From positions 593,408-657,407 of the forward strand of contig JBKBPM010000001.1 in NCBI GenBank assembly GCA_046293175.1: a stretch of DNA of 64,000 nt. The letters are read 5' to 3'. The position numbers and the translations under genes are program-made. Below are positions 27,794 to 37,292 of this stretch, piece after piece; within the stretch, counting starts at the first letter, position 1; the number at the start of each line of letters is the position of its first letter. The notes beneath the pieces are model-generated. The model had not been told where the DNA came from. It searched no databases and saw only the letters and a list, made by a program, of their open reading frames with translations. This stretch comes from Minisyncoccia bacterium. GTDB lineage: Bacteria; Patescibacteriota; Minisyncoccia; Phycocordibacterales; UBA918.

Positions 27794-29126
27794 TTGGTAC
27801 TAATACTTTGCCGATAGCAACGCATACATTGTCCTTCACGACGTAACACTCGACGTAGTGTTCGCCATGGTAGAGCGTGCTCTCTGTCTTCTCCTGTGAT
27901 CCCGCATCGGGAGTAATCTCACCACGCAAGCCGTCGGCTTTCTTGGCTTCTTCTCCGAAATTGCGGACTTTCCAAAAAATGCGGTACGGACCAGGCACAT
28001 TTATCTTCTGCACGCGGAACTTCAGCTTCTTTCCTTTCAGCAAAGGAAAACGCTTCTGAAGGAAGTCGGTGAGCCAGCCCGTCCGAAAGCCGTTTTGGGT
28101 AACTTCTGCGTCTATGGATACTTCGTACCCAGAAAATAACCTGGTCGGTATGCCATATTTGCTCTCAAGGAATTCTTCTTTCGCAGATGGATACTCGCGC
28201 GTTAGCTGTGCGATCTTGTCTGGAATCGGATCCACCGCAATCGCACGATCAGCCACCGTCGGGAAGTCTGCACCAAATATCTTCTGCCACTCGAGAGATG
28301 CGTCACGCAACTTATCCGCAGCTTCGTACTCGATTGCCTTCTCAGCACGAGAAACAGCCGAATCGACCCGCGAAGCCCATGCGTCTCCGAGGCTGATCGA
28401 CTGGCTAGAGCCGAGCGAGTGGACTAAACCATGACGCTTTGACCGAAGATACTCGAAGAATCCGAGCACGAGTTGTGGGTACCGCTCGTTCACTTGGTTG
28501 TTGTATCTGTCGCGCAGGTAATCAATGACGAGAATCTCAAGAATGTATGACTTGAGCGGAACGCCACAATTCCTCACCCACGCCTTAAGCATACGAACGA
28601 GCGACTTCGTGTGCTTCGTCTGCGTACTTGAATCATGAATCGCCTTGATCTCTGCGCTCGGGTTCCATATGTCCCACGATCCGCCCTTCTCGGTATTTGG
28701 AATGCGATATTCGCCTGAGGGCAGTCGCCATGCGGGAAGAAGCTCGACAGTATGCGTGCTTTCCGCGAAGCTAATGAGGATCACCTTGCCCCACGCCTTT
28801 ATGCCTTCTGTCGTACTGAATCGGTCTTTCAAAATACCTCGCACTTCCTGAAGTAGTTGGGACTGCTTGTTTCCGCTGAGAGCGTCGAACCGCGCAAACT
28901 CAGAGTCTGGCATCTTGAAGAGCAGATCAATGTCTTTCGGGGGACGAATATTCGTGTGCTTACCATACGAACCGATGAGGAGCTTCGTGCTTCCATCGTA
29001 GGTAGTCGTCGGGTAGTACTTGCCATGCAAAGTTTCAGAGACGTTCTTGATCTTCGTCTCAGCGTCCGCCTTTTGTGGGTCGGTTAGCTTGATGTTCTCT
29101 AAAAATTTGCGAAAGGCGGAATCCAT
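27774..29126 (-). CDS. cGAS/DncV-like (SMODS/CD-NTase) nucleotidyltransferase with a C-terminal extension of about 150 aa
   Basis: Pol-beta NTase motif GSYGKHTNIRPPKDIDLLF (GS…DxD) with the third acidic residue near …HTVELLP…. A helical domain follows, then an unassigned C-terminal domain. Confidence 0.7.
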   Translation of the reverse strand: MDSAFRKFLENIKLTDPQKADAETKIKNVSETLHGKYYPTTTYDGSTKLLIGSYGKHTNIRPPKDIDLLFKMPDSEFARFDALSGNKQSQLLQEVRGILKDRFSTTEGIKAWGKVILISFAESTHTVELLPAWRLPSGEYRIPNTEKGGSWDIWNPSAEIKAIHDSSTQTKHTKSLVRMLKAWVRNCGVPLKSYILEILVIDYLRDRYNNQVNERYPQLVLGFFEYLRSKRHGLVHSLGSSQSISLGDAWASRVDSAVSRAEKAIEYEAADKLRDASLEWQKIFGADFPTVADRAIAVDPIPDKIAQLTREYPSAKEEFLESKYGIPTRLFSGYEVSIDAEVTQNGFRTGWLTDFLQKRFPLLKGKKLKFRVQKINVPGPYRIFWKVRNFGEEAKKADGLRGEITPDAGSQEKTESTLYHGEHYVECYVVKDNVCVAIGKVLVPIGSTYE

Positions 29127-29192
29127 AATGTAATTCCTCTATTTTATTACATTTGACGAGGAGGAGCGAATGTCCTGAAAAAAGTCTATAAT

Positions 29193-29603
29193 ATGGGCAT
29201 GGAGTATCGACTCGAAGCAAAACCTACGGTCCTCGAGAAGGGGCAAAAGTATCGAATAATTCAGATCACTGATGTCGCGCATCACACAGCAAAGAAAACT
29301 CCTACCCCTTCCGTAGGCAAGAAAATAGAGAAAACGCCTGACGCAACGCCTGGACGAATCTACAGGCCTACGGATTTAGGTGTAGTACTTGATCCTAAAG
29401 CGTATATCCTCAAAATGCTCGGGGAGGACCCAGATTTCCAAAAGCTTGTGCGGGACGAGGCAGCAAAAGGGGTAAAGGTTGTCCTTGCCTTTCCCAAGGA
29501 CGGTGTCCCGGCAGAGTACGGAAAAGACACGATTGAGTTTCTGAAAAGTAAGAACGGCAAGCGTGTGCTTCGAGGGCTTGCCAAGGAAAAGCGTGAGGAA
29601 TAA
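29193..29603 (+). CDS. Hypothetical Lys-rich protein, divergent from the CBASS-like operon
   Basis: 136 aa with no recognisable domain. Candidate regulator or phage protein. Confidence 0.35.
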   Translation: MGMEYRLEAKPTVLEKGQKYRIIQITDVAHHTAKKTPTPSVGKKIEKTPDATPGRIYRPTDLGVVLDPKAYILKMLGEDPDFQKLVRDEAAKGVKVVLAFPKDGVPAEYGKDTIEFLKSKNGKRVLRGLAKEKREE

Positions 29604-29771
29604 AATAGTGACATAGCGTAGTAAAAAGTAGAGTAGCGTATCGCCTTCTGGCCATGCCTATTCCGCGCAAGAAGTGAGTTGAGGTTATCGAGCCTCTTCC
29701 TCGTTTCGTGTGTGGAATAGGCCTTTTCTATATCCATACATCCTTACAAATCGTAACGGTTTTAAAGGAGT

Positions 29772-31055
29772 ATGAAAAAACTCTCATGGACGACGGTCCA
29801 AAAACGTGTAAACGATCTCATTCCCCAGGAGATCAATCCCCGCAAGATCAGCGACAAGCAGATGTCCGATCTCAAGCGGAGCCTTAAGAAGTTCAATCTG
29901 GTGGAGATCCCTGCCGTGGATTATGACGGCACCATTCTCGCAGGACACCAGCGCATCAAGGCGCTCCAGCTTCTTGAGCGCGGAGACGAGACAATCGACA
30001 TCCGTGTGCCGAATCGCAAGCTTACGGAAAAGGAAGCCAAGGAATACCTGATCGGCTCTAACAAGCTCGGCGGAGACTGGGACTTCGACATCCTGAAGTC
30101 CTTTGAACTCGACACGCTCTCATTCGCTGGATTCGATGATATGGAGCTTGCGAAGTTCTGGGACAACGATAACGAGACCAAAGAGGATTCGTTCGATATC
30201 GAGAAGGAGCTGAAGAAGATAACCGATCCCAAGACAAAGCTCGGCGACATCATCCATCTCGGCAAGCATAAGATCCTCTGCGGGGACTCGACTGACCCAA
30301 AGAACCTTGCGCGCCTCCTCGGTGAGGAGCGAGCCAGCATGATTTACTCAGATCCCGTCTACAACATCTCTATCGACTACGACGGAGGCATCGGCGGAAA
30401 GAAGGACTACGGAGGAAACGTGAACGACACGCGTACCTACGAGGAGTACAAGGGGTTCATCAGAGATAGTCTCACAGCCGCACTCGCGGTTTCCTCTCCC
30501 AATACTCACGTCTTCTACTACTGCGATCAGGTCTACATCGGCTTGATTCAAGAAATCTACCGCTCGCTTGGCATCGCGAACAAGCGCGTATGCCTGTGGC
30601 TCAAGAACTCGCAGAATCCCGTACCGAAGGTGTACTGCAACAAGGCATACGAACCTGCCGTATACGGCACGCGCGGAAAGCCATACCTTGCCGAAGCTGT
30701 AAGCGATCTCAACGAAGTGATGAATAAGGAGTTCACCACCGGCAACGAGCTGGTGACGCAGGTCGATGACTTCCTTGAAATCTGGACGGCAAAGCGACTT
30801 GCCGCGAAAGACTACAAGCACGCTACGTCAAAGCCGATCACGCTCCACGAGAAAGCGATCAAGCGTTGCACGAAGCCGAATGACATTATTCTCGACAGTT
30901 TCCTCGGTTCGGGCAGCACCCTCTTGGCCGGAGAACAGCTCGGACGACGCGTATACGGTTGTGAGCTTGAGCCAAGGTTCTGCGACCTGATCGCGGCTCG
31001 CTTCGAGGCGCTTACTGGAATTAAGCCGGTCATCGAACGCCATGAAGAAAAATAA
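29772..31055 (+). CDS. ParB-like N-terminal domain fused to an N6/N4 DNA methyltransferase (phage-type orphan MTase)
   Basis: ParB_N region (…EIPAVDYDGTILAGHQRIKALQL…). MTase motif IV-like IYSDPVY. Motif I region TSKPITLHEKAIKRCTKPNDIILDSFLGSGSTLLAG. Confidence 0.8.
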   Translation: MKKLSWTTVQKRVNDLIPQEINPRKISDKQMSDLKRSLKKFNLVEIPAVDYDGTILAGHQRIKALQLLERGDETIDIRVPNRKLTEKEAKEYLIGSNKLGGDWDFDILKSFELDTLSFAGFDDMELAKFWDNDNETKEDSFDIEKELKKITDPKTKLGDIIHLGKHKILCGDSTDPKNLARLLGEERASMIYSDPVYNISIDYDGGIGGKKDYGGNVNDTRTYEEYKGFIRDSLTAALAVSSPNTHVFYYCDQVYIGLIQEIYRSLGIANKRVCLWLKNSQNPVPKVYCNKAYEPAVYGTRGKPYLAEAVSDLNEVMNKEFTTGNELVTQVDDFLEIWTAKRLAAKDYKHATSKPITLHEKAIKRCTKPNDIILDSFLGSGSTLLAGEQLGRRVYGCELEPRFCDLIAARFEALTGIKPVIERHEEK

Positions 31056-31515
31056 ATTCCAGAAGCAGTTTTTAGACGAACTGCGGAAAGTCCCGATTGT
31101 ACAGGTCGCGTGCGAGAAGACAGGACTTTCCCGCAACAGCGTATACCGTTGGCGAAACGAAGATGCTGAGTTCCGCAAGGCAATGGAAGAGGCCATCGCC
31201 GAGGGCGAGGAGCTCGTTAACGACATGAGCGAAGGACAGCTCCTCACGCTTATCAAGGAGAAGAATTGGTCAGCGATCAGCTTCTGGCTCCGCAAGCGTA
31301 ATCCGAAGTTTAAGGACCGCATTGAGGTGGAAGTCGCGCCGAAACAGGAAGAACTTACGCCCGAACAGGAAGAGACGGTGCGCGAGGCTCTTCGCCTTGC
31401 CTCTATGGATCCCATTACCAATCTAAAAGAAGCCAATCATGGAACACAGCCCGCTACCGCCTCATCTGATGGAAACGATGATGAAGGATCGGAAAGTACG
31501 AACGGCAATCACTAA
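31042..31515 (+). CDS. Phage terminase small subunit-like HTH protein
   Basis: HTH (…ACEKTGLSRNSVYRWRNEDAEFRKA…) with an acidic C-terminus. It lies directly upstream of, and overlaps, the TerL gene. Confidence 0.5.
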   Translation: MKKNKFQKQFLDELRKVPIVQVACEKTGLSRNSVYRWRNEDAEFRKAMEEAIAEGEELVNDMSEGQLLTLIKEKNWSAISFWLRKRNPKFKDRIEVEVAPKQEELTPEQEETVREALRLASMDPITNLKEANHGTQPATASSDGNDDEGSESTNGNH

Positions 31516-32911
31516 GGAAAGCCACTGGTACTTCTTCCACTTCTACTTTGCCCACTATGTGAAGTATCCGACAGCCCCGTTCCAGAAGGAACTTATGGGA
31601 CTTTCGGAACGTGAGGATGTGAAGAATCTCGTCGTGGTTGCCTTTCGTGGATCGGCAAAGTCCACGATCTTCACCATGTCCTATCCGATCTGGGCAATCC
31701 TTGGAAAGCAACAAAAGAAGTTCATCGTCATCCTCTCACAGACTCAGGCTCAGGCTAAGCAGCACATGATGAACCTGCGACGCGAGCTTGAAAATAATAC
31801 GCTTCTCAAAAGTGACCTAGGATCGTTCCAAGAAGAGCGAAACGAATGGGGCGCGACATCCCTTGTGTTCGGAAGACATGGTGCGCGCATCACAGCTGTT
31901 TCGACCGAACAGAGCGTTCGCGGTCTGCGCCATAACCAGCACCGCCCCGATCTGATCATCGGAGACGACCTAGAAGACATCGCTTCGACCAAAACACGCG
32001 AGGGTCGCAACAAGACGTATGAGTGGCTCACGGGAGAAGTGATTCCTGCTGGAGACCGAAACACGAGGCTCATTGTGATTGGAAACCTCCTGCATGAGGA
32101 CTCGCTCATCATGCGGCTCAAGGAAGACATTACTGACAAGCGCATTGATGGAATGTTCCGAGCGTACCCACTTATGGAGGGGCAGAGCATCCTGTGGCCG
32201 GGAAAGTACCCAACCATGGAGGATATCGAAGAGGAACAGAGAAAAGCGGCGAACGACTATGCGTGGCAGCGAGAATATCTCCTCAATATTGTTCCAGCCG
32301 AAGACCAGGTTATTGATCCCGCATGGATTCAGTACTACGACGAAATTCCGCCTCGTGTAAGGGTCTTCAAAAACGACACCTACATGACGAATCTGGAAGT
32401 ACGTATCGGTGTCGATCTTGCGATCTCAAAGAGGGACACCGCCGACTATACCGCGATGATCCCAGCTCTCCTTTACGAGGCGAAAAAAGGATACGACATC
32501 TATATTCTTCCGAAGATCATCAACAAGCGACTTTCCTTCCCTGAGACGGTTGAGACATGCAAGATCATACACAACTCGTATAAGGATGTTCCGCACTGGA
32601 ATGGTCCTGTGTTCGTGATCGAGGACGTGGCGTATCAGAGTGCGCTACCTCAACAGCTCAAGGCGGAAGGGCTTAGGCAGATACACACCGTAAAGCCAGG
32701 AAATACCGATAAGCGTGCGCGCCTCATGCTTACCGCGAACTTGATTAAGACTGGTGTCGTGAAGTTTCCGCGACAAGGAGCGGAGCAGCTAATCCAGCAG
32801 ATCGTACACTTCGGTGTCGAGAAGCATGATGACCTCGCGGATGCTTTCTCTGCCCTTGTCTTGGACGCACTTGCCGACCCGCCAAGTACGTTTCGTATTT
32901 TCTTTATTTAA
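31469..32911 (+). CDS. Phage terminase large subunit
   Basis: ATPase Walker A-like AFRGSAKST and Walker B LIIGDDLED. C-terminal RNaseH-like nuclease motifs (…VDLAISKRDTADYTAM…; …HDDLADA…). The start is uncertain between 31439 and 31481. Confidence 0.8.
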   Translation: METMMKDRKVRTAITKESHWYFFHFYFAHYVKYPTAPFQKELMGLSEREDVKNLVVVAFRGSAKSTIFTMSYPIWAILGKQQKKFIVILSQTQAQAKQHMMNLRRELENNTLLKSDLGSFQEERNEWGATSLVFGRHGARITAVSTEQSVRGLRHNQHRPDLIIGDDLEDIASTKTREGRNKTYEWLTGEVIPAGDRNTRLIVIGNLLHEDSLIMRLKEDITDKRIDGMFRAYPLMEGQSILWPGKYPTMEDIEEEQRKAANDYAWQREYLLNIVPAEDQVIDPAWIQYYDEIPPRVRVFKNDTYMTNLEVRIGVDLAISKRDTADYTAMIPALLYEAKKGYDIYILPKIINKRLSFPETVETCKIIHNSYKDVPHWNGPVFVIEDVAYQSALPQQLKAEGLRQIHTVKPGNTDKRARLMLTANLIKTGVVKFPRQGAEQLIQQIVHFGVEKHDDLADAFSALVLDALADPPSTFRIFFI

Positions 32912-33005
32912 GAGAATATGTGCAAACTACTTAAAGCGACCATGCGACGTTTTCTTAGTTCTGCATAGTCTATGCACCACCAACTGGTCTGGCATCAATA
33001 TACAT

Positions 33006-34325
33006 ATGCGAACGGATCAAATTTCAGCCCTTATTGGGCAGGCACCTGTCATACCTACAACAAAGGTTAAATACGTCCTGTATGCCCGAAAATCGACCGA
33101 GCAGGACGAGAAGCAGGCACTATCTATCGAATCCCAAGTAAAGGAAATGTTGGCGATAGCGGAACGAGAAAATCTTGAAATTGTAGATATACGCAGAGAA
33201 GCACATTCGGCCAAAGATTCAGGACAGCGACCAGTGTTCAAAGAAATTCTTGAGGATGTACGAAGAGAACGATTTAATGGAATTCTAGTATGGCATCCAG
33301 ACCGTCTAAGTAGAAATGCTGGCGATCTTGGATCTGTTGTAGATCTAATGGATCAGAAGCTCTTAGTACAGATACGCACTTACGGACAAACGTTCACAAA
33401 CACACCAAGCGAGAAGTTTCTTTTGATGATTCTCTGTTCTCAAGCAAAGCTAGAGAATGATAATAAAAGTATTAACGTAAAGAGAGGTCTCAAGACTAGA
33501 GTTGAAATGGGACTATGGCCTGCCCCTGCCCCAACAGGCTATCTCAAAGAAAAACGAATAGATCGAAAGTGCGAGACCCTAATAGATCCAGACCGAGGAC
33601 CAATCATCAGAAAAGTATTTGAGAAGGTCGCTTATGAAAAGTGGTCAGGACGAAAGGTATACAACTGGCTAAAGTTTGATCTCAACTTCAAGACCGCTGC
33701 TGGAAATAAAAATCTAACGGTGAGCAACATTTACTGCATTCTAGAGAATCACTTTTACTACGGTGTATTTGAATATCCCAAGAACTCTGGAAATTGGTAT
33801 CAGGGAAAGCATGAGCCTCTAATCACTAAAGAGCTATTTGAGCAGGTTCAAGAGCAAGTAAAAAGCCAATTCGTCAGGTCTGAAGGTAAGGAGTTTGCTT
33901 TTACTAAACTTATGACCTGTGGCTTATGCGGGTCAGGCATTACAGCCGACGAAAAGTTCAAGAAGCAGAAGAACGGCAATATACACCGGCACGTTTACTA
34001 CGGCTGCACCAAACGGAGAGATCCGAACTGCAAATGTGGCTATATCAACGAAATAGATCTCATTAAGCAATTTGAGGACTTAATGGATGTCATTGATATC
34101 GACGAAATCGGCATTAAAGAAAAGATGAAGAATGAGATTGAACGATTCAAGAAATTCCAGAGAATATTTTTAGGAAAATCTATTCAGGTAACAGTGGCAG
34201 ATGTAGATATACGCAATTACTCTAAATATTTGTTGAGGGAGGGTAAAGATATAGAGAAACGCGAACTACTCGGTTGTCTTAAAGGTCAAATTTTACTCCA
34301 ACACAAAACGATTTCGCTTAAATAA
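33006..34325 (+). CDS. Large serine recombinase (resolvase/invertase-type catalytic domain, recombinase domain, zinc ribbon)
   Basis: Catalytic region KYVLYARKSTEQDE…LSIESQ, a recombinase domain, and a Cys cluster CGLCGS…YYGCTKRRDPNCKCG. The start was chosen at MRTDQ. Confidence 0.85.
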   Translation: MRTDQISALIGQAPVIPTTKVKYVLYARKSTEQDEKQALSIESQVKEMLAIAERENLEIVDIRREAHSAKDSGQRPVFKEILEDVRRERFNGILVWHPDRLSRNAGDLGSVVDLMDQKLLVQIRTYGQTFTNTPSEKFLLMILCSQAKLENDNKSINVKRGLKTRVEMGLWPAPAPTGYLKEKRIDRKCETLIDPDRGPIIRKVFEKVAYEKWSGRKVYNWLKFDLNFKTAAGNKNLTVSNIYCILENHFYYGVFEYPKNSGNWYQGKHEPLITKELFEQVQEQVKSQFVRSEGKEFAFTKLMTCGLCGSGITADEKFKKQKNGNIHRHVYYGCTKRRDPNCKCGYINEIDLIKQFEDLMDVIDIDEIGIKEKMKNEIERFKKFQRIFLGKSIQVTVADVDIRNYSKYLLREGKDIEKRELLGCLKGQILLQHKTISLK

Positions 34326-34326
34326 G

Positions 34327-36354
34327 CTAAAGCACGTTTTTTCGAAGCAAAGACGCGTTAATTGCTACAATAACGGTTGAGAGTGACATAAAAACGGCAG
34401 CTACCGCTGGTTGGAGCATGATGCCGTACATCACAAGCGCACCTGCCGCAATCGGCAAGGCGATGATGTTGTACCCAGTGGCCCAGAAAAGATTCTCGAT
34501 CATTTTGCGGTACGTGAGTCGAGAAAGGTGGATAATCTTTGGTATGTCGCGCGGGTCGTTCTTTACAAGAATAATGCCCGCTGATTCAATCGCCACGTTC
34601 GTGCCTGCCCCGATAGCAATACCGAGATCTGCTTGTGTGAGCGCTGGCGCATCATTGACTCCATCACCCACCATAGCAACACGTTCACCACGCGCTTGTA
34701 GTTTCTTCACAGTATCCGCTTTCTCTTCAGGAAGTACATGGGCAAAGTATTCATCGATGCCAAGTTCTTTAGAAACCCATGCGGCCACATCTTCAGCGTC
34801 GCCCGTAATCATAGCAATGCGTACACCCATATCTTTGAGTTTGGAAATTGCTTCTCGTGATTCCTCACGAATGACGTCAGCAAGTGCAATGCTTCCAACC
34901 CAGCTGCCGCCTTCGACCACGTGGATAACCGTCTTTCCCTCAAGTTCGTGATTTTGTATAACCTTCTGTTGATCAGGAGGGATGACAATACCACTCTCCG
35001 CAACAAACGAAGATGACCCTACAAAGACTCGTTTGCCATTAATGTCTGCTTGAACACCCTTTCCACGAATGTTCGTGAAGGCTGAAGTTTGAGGAAGGAT
35101 TGTTTCCTCCGCATACGCATGAGCGACAATCGCACGGCCAATGGGATGTTCAGAAGTTTTGTTTGCACCCCCCGCAAGTGACAGTGTTTTGTTTACGTCA
35201 CCCATGATTGCCATAACACCAAATGATCCTTTGGTGAGGGTACCTGTTTTATCAAACAGCACCGTGGTGACATTCCGAGCCGCTTCAAGAGCCAATCGTC
35301 TCTTTACGAAGAAGCCGTTTCTCGAAGCCATTGTGGTTGAAATAGAAGCAACAAGTGGAATCGCGAGACCAAGCGCATGAGGACAGGCAATCACCAAGAC
35401 CGCCACGAGCCGCTCAACTGCAAATCCAAACGGTTGTCCAACAGCAATCCACGAAGCAAACGTAATGAATCCAGCAATTACTGCAAGGAGTGTAAGGTAA
35501 AACGCTGCACGGTCTGAAAGAAGCTGCAGCTTTGACTTTGAAGATTCTGCCTCAGCCACCAACCGCATGATTCCCGCAAGAAAGGTGTGTTCACCTAGTT
35601 TATCGAGACGAATTTCCAGACTTCCATCGCCATTAATGGAACCCGCGATAATCTCCACACCCTCTTGTTTTAGTACAGGGCGTGACTCTCCGGTAATGAG
35701 TGATTCGTCCACTTCCGATTCACCCTTAAGAACAACTCCATCAGCTGGAACTCTTCCGCCAGGGCGTACGAGCACCACATCACCTTCTTGTAGTTCGGAA
35801 AGAGAGACGGTAACGGGAGTGCCATTCCGCATCACTTCGGCAGTATCAGGGAGTAGTTTTGCCAACTCACGAAGTGCTCCTTGTGCTCCTTTGACTGCCT
35901 TCATTTCTATCCAGTGGCCAATGAGCATGACACCCACGAGGGTAGAGAGTTCCCAAAAAAGTGTCATGCCTTCGCCCACCAAAACAACCCCAATACTGTA
36001 GAGGTAGGCGGCACTGATAGCGATTGCAATCAGTGTCATCATGCCCGGCATCCGCATCTTAAGTTCGTCCCAAGCTCCTTTGAGAAATACAAAGCCACCA
36101 TAGAAGAACACGATACTCCCGAGTACAGCTTGTACATAATGAGAGCCAGGAAAAGCCGGAGCGGACCAACCAAGGAAGGCTCCGGGTAAATCCGAGTAGA
36201 GAATGATGGGGATTGTTAACACGAGTACTACCCAAAACTTCTTGAGGAAGTCCTCCGTATGATGACCTGCATGTTTATCATGAGTACCCCCGTGATCGTG
36301 GTGATGTCCGTGATTATGATTCATGTTTTTCTTTTTCGTTATGGTCGTGGCCAT
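34327..36354 (-). CDS. copA: Copper-translocating P1B-type ATPase (CopA-like) with a His-rich N-terminus
   Basis: CPH motif (…VIACPHALGLA…), DKTGTLT, GDGVNDAPAL, and an N-terminal MNHNHGHHHDHGGTHDKHAGHH. The exact start is uncertain. Confidence 0.85.
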   Translation of the reverse strand: MATTITKKKNMNHNHGHHHDHGGTHDKHAGHHTEDFLKKFWVVLVLTIPIILYSDLPGAFLGWSAPAFPGSHYVQAVLGSIVFFYGGFVFLKGAWDELKMRMPGMMTLIAIAISAAYLYSIGVVLVGEGMTLFWELSTLVGVMLIGHWIEMKAVKGAQGALRELAKLLPDTAEVMRNGTPVTVSLSELQEGDVVLVRPGGRVPADGVVLKGESEVDESLITGESRPVLKQEGVEIIAGSINGDGSLEIRLDKLGEHTFLAGIMRLVAEAESSKSKLQLLSDRAAFYLTLLAVIAGFITFASWIAVGQPFGFAVERLVAVLVIACPHALGLAIPLVASISTTMASRNGFFVKRRLALEAARNVTTVLFDKTGTLTKGSFGVMAIMGDVNKTLSLAGGANKTSEHPIGRAIVAHAYAEETILPQTSAFTNIRGKGVQADINGKRVFVGSSSFVAESGIVIPPDQQKVIQNHELEGKTVIHVVEGGSWVGSIALADVIREESREAISKLKDMGVRIAMITGDAEDVAAWVSKELGIDEYFAHVLPEEKADTVKKLQARGERVAMVGDGVNDAPALTQADLGIAIGAGTNVAIESAGIILVKNDPRDIPKIIHLSRLTYRKMIENLFWATGYNIIALPIAAGALVMYGIMLQPAVAAVFMSLSTVIVAINASLLRKNVL

Positions 36355-36511
36355 GGTGTCCATGATGCATAAACAGATGCATAAAGAGACACCCCAAGAG
36401 GAACGCAAATGGCAGATACGGCGCAAGGTGTTCTTGGTGGTTGGTTACTGCATACACACCTGCCACGATGACCAGTACTATAAGTGTATACCGAATATAT
36501 TTTGAATTCAT
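36314..36511 (-). CDS. Small His-rich membrane protein (DUF2933-like) upstream of copA
   Basis: 65 aa with one TM helix and a C-terminal HLFMHHGHHGHDH. Confidence 0.4.
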   Translation of the reverse strand: MNSKYIRYTLIVLVIVAGVYAVTNHQEHLAPYLPFAFLLGCLFMHLFMHHGHHGHDHNEKEKHES

Positions 36512-36531
36512 ATTTTTACTTTTACTTGTAA

Positions 36532-37287
36532 TTACTCCACAATGACAACCCCTTCGGCAGCGGGATTAAGATGATCGTGGTAATTCCATGTGCCTGGTTT
36601 GTCGAACGTATACATGTATTGATCTCCAGTCTTGAACTGATCAAATGTAGGAAGAATGCTGTGTTCCGGATGTTCATTTGACGCCACCCACATTTCTTTT
36701 GTACTTTCATTCACGAAGTGCACCATTGTACCGAGTGGTACTGAAACTTCTTTCGGTTCAAAGCCACTGTCGGTATAGCGAATAGTTGCCATAGCGGAAT
36801 TTCCCATCATGTGTATAGCGTCGGCATTTCCCGTATTTGTGGTGATTGAAGTAGGTACGGGAGCACCTGTTGCGACATACACGGATAGAGGCATTCCATC
36901 AACCTCGAGAGGTTGATCAAGGTCATTAAAGACCTTGTCATCACCCGCATCTTCGTACGCCATCACTATTAGTTCCTCACCGCCCTCGTAGAAGTCACCG
37001 AGGGGGATTGCAATACCATTATGAGTTCCTGTCGTAAGGTATTGGCTAATCTCAACGATTTGACCGAGACGACCATTATCAATGGAGCGGACCGCGAGGA
37101 ACCCTGGCTTTAGGAGTGTGACCGAATCAACAGTTACTACAGTGGTAGCGTTCTGCGCTGAAACCACTAGTTCTCCCTCTGCATTAGTTGCCATTTTTGG
37201 TGCTTCGCTGTGGGGTTGCTTAGTCGTGAGGAAAAAGACGATTCCTATACCGACTACCACCACGACTCCACTAATAATCGCTCTCAT
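36532..37287 (-). CDS. Secreted/membrane-anchored cupredoxin-like domain protein
   Basis: N-terminal TM with a C-terminal plastocyanin/EfeO-like cupredoxin fold signature (…GTWNYHDHLNPAAEGVVIV). Confidence 0.45.
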   Translation of the reverse strand: MRAIISGVVVVVGIGIVFFLTTKQPHSEAPKMATNAEGELVVSAQNATTVVTVDSVTLLKPGFLAVRSIDNGRLGQIVEISQYLTTGTHNGIAIPLGDFYEGGEELIVMAYEDAGDDKVFNDLDQPLEVDGMPLSVYVATGAPVPTSITTNTGNADAIHMMGNSAMATIRYTDSGFEPKEVSVPLGTMVHFVNESTKEMWVASNEHPEHSILPTFDQFKTGDQYMYTFDKPGTWNYHDHLNPAAEGVVIVE

Positions 37288-37292
37288 ATCAA

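Noticed and set aside
36323-36505. Plus-strand 60-aa ORF (MFFFFVMVVAMVSMMHKQMHK…)
   Set aside because: It is the antisense of the His-rich DUF2933-like mini-protein and copA N-terminus. The His/Met-rich composition arises by complementarity.
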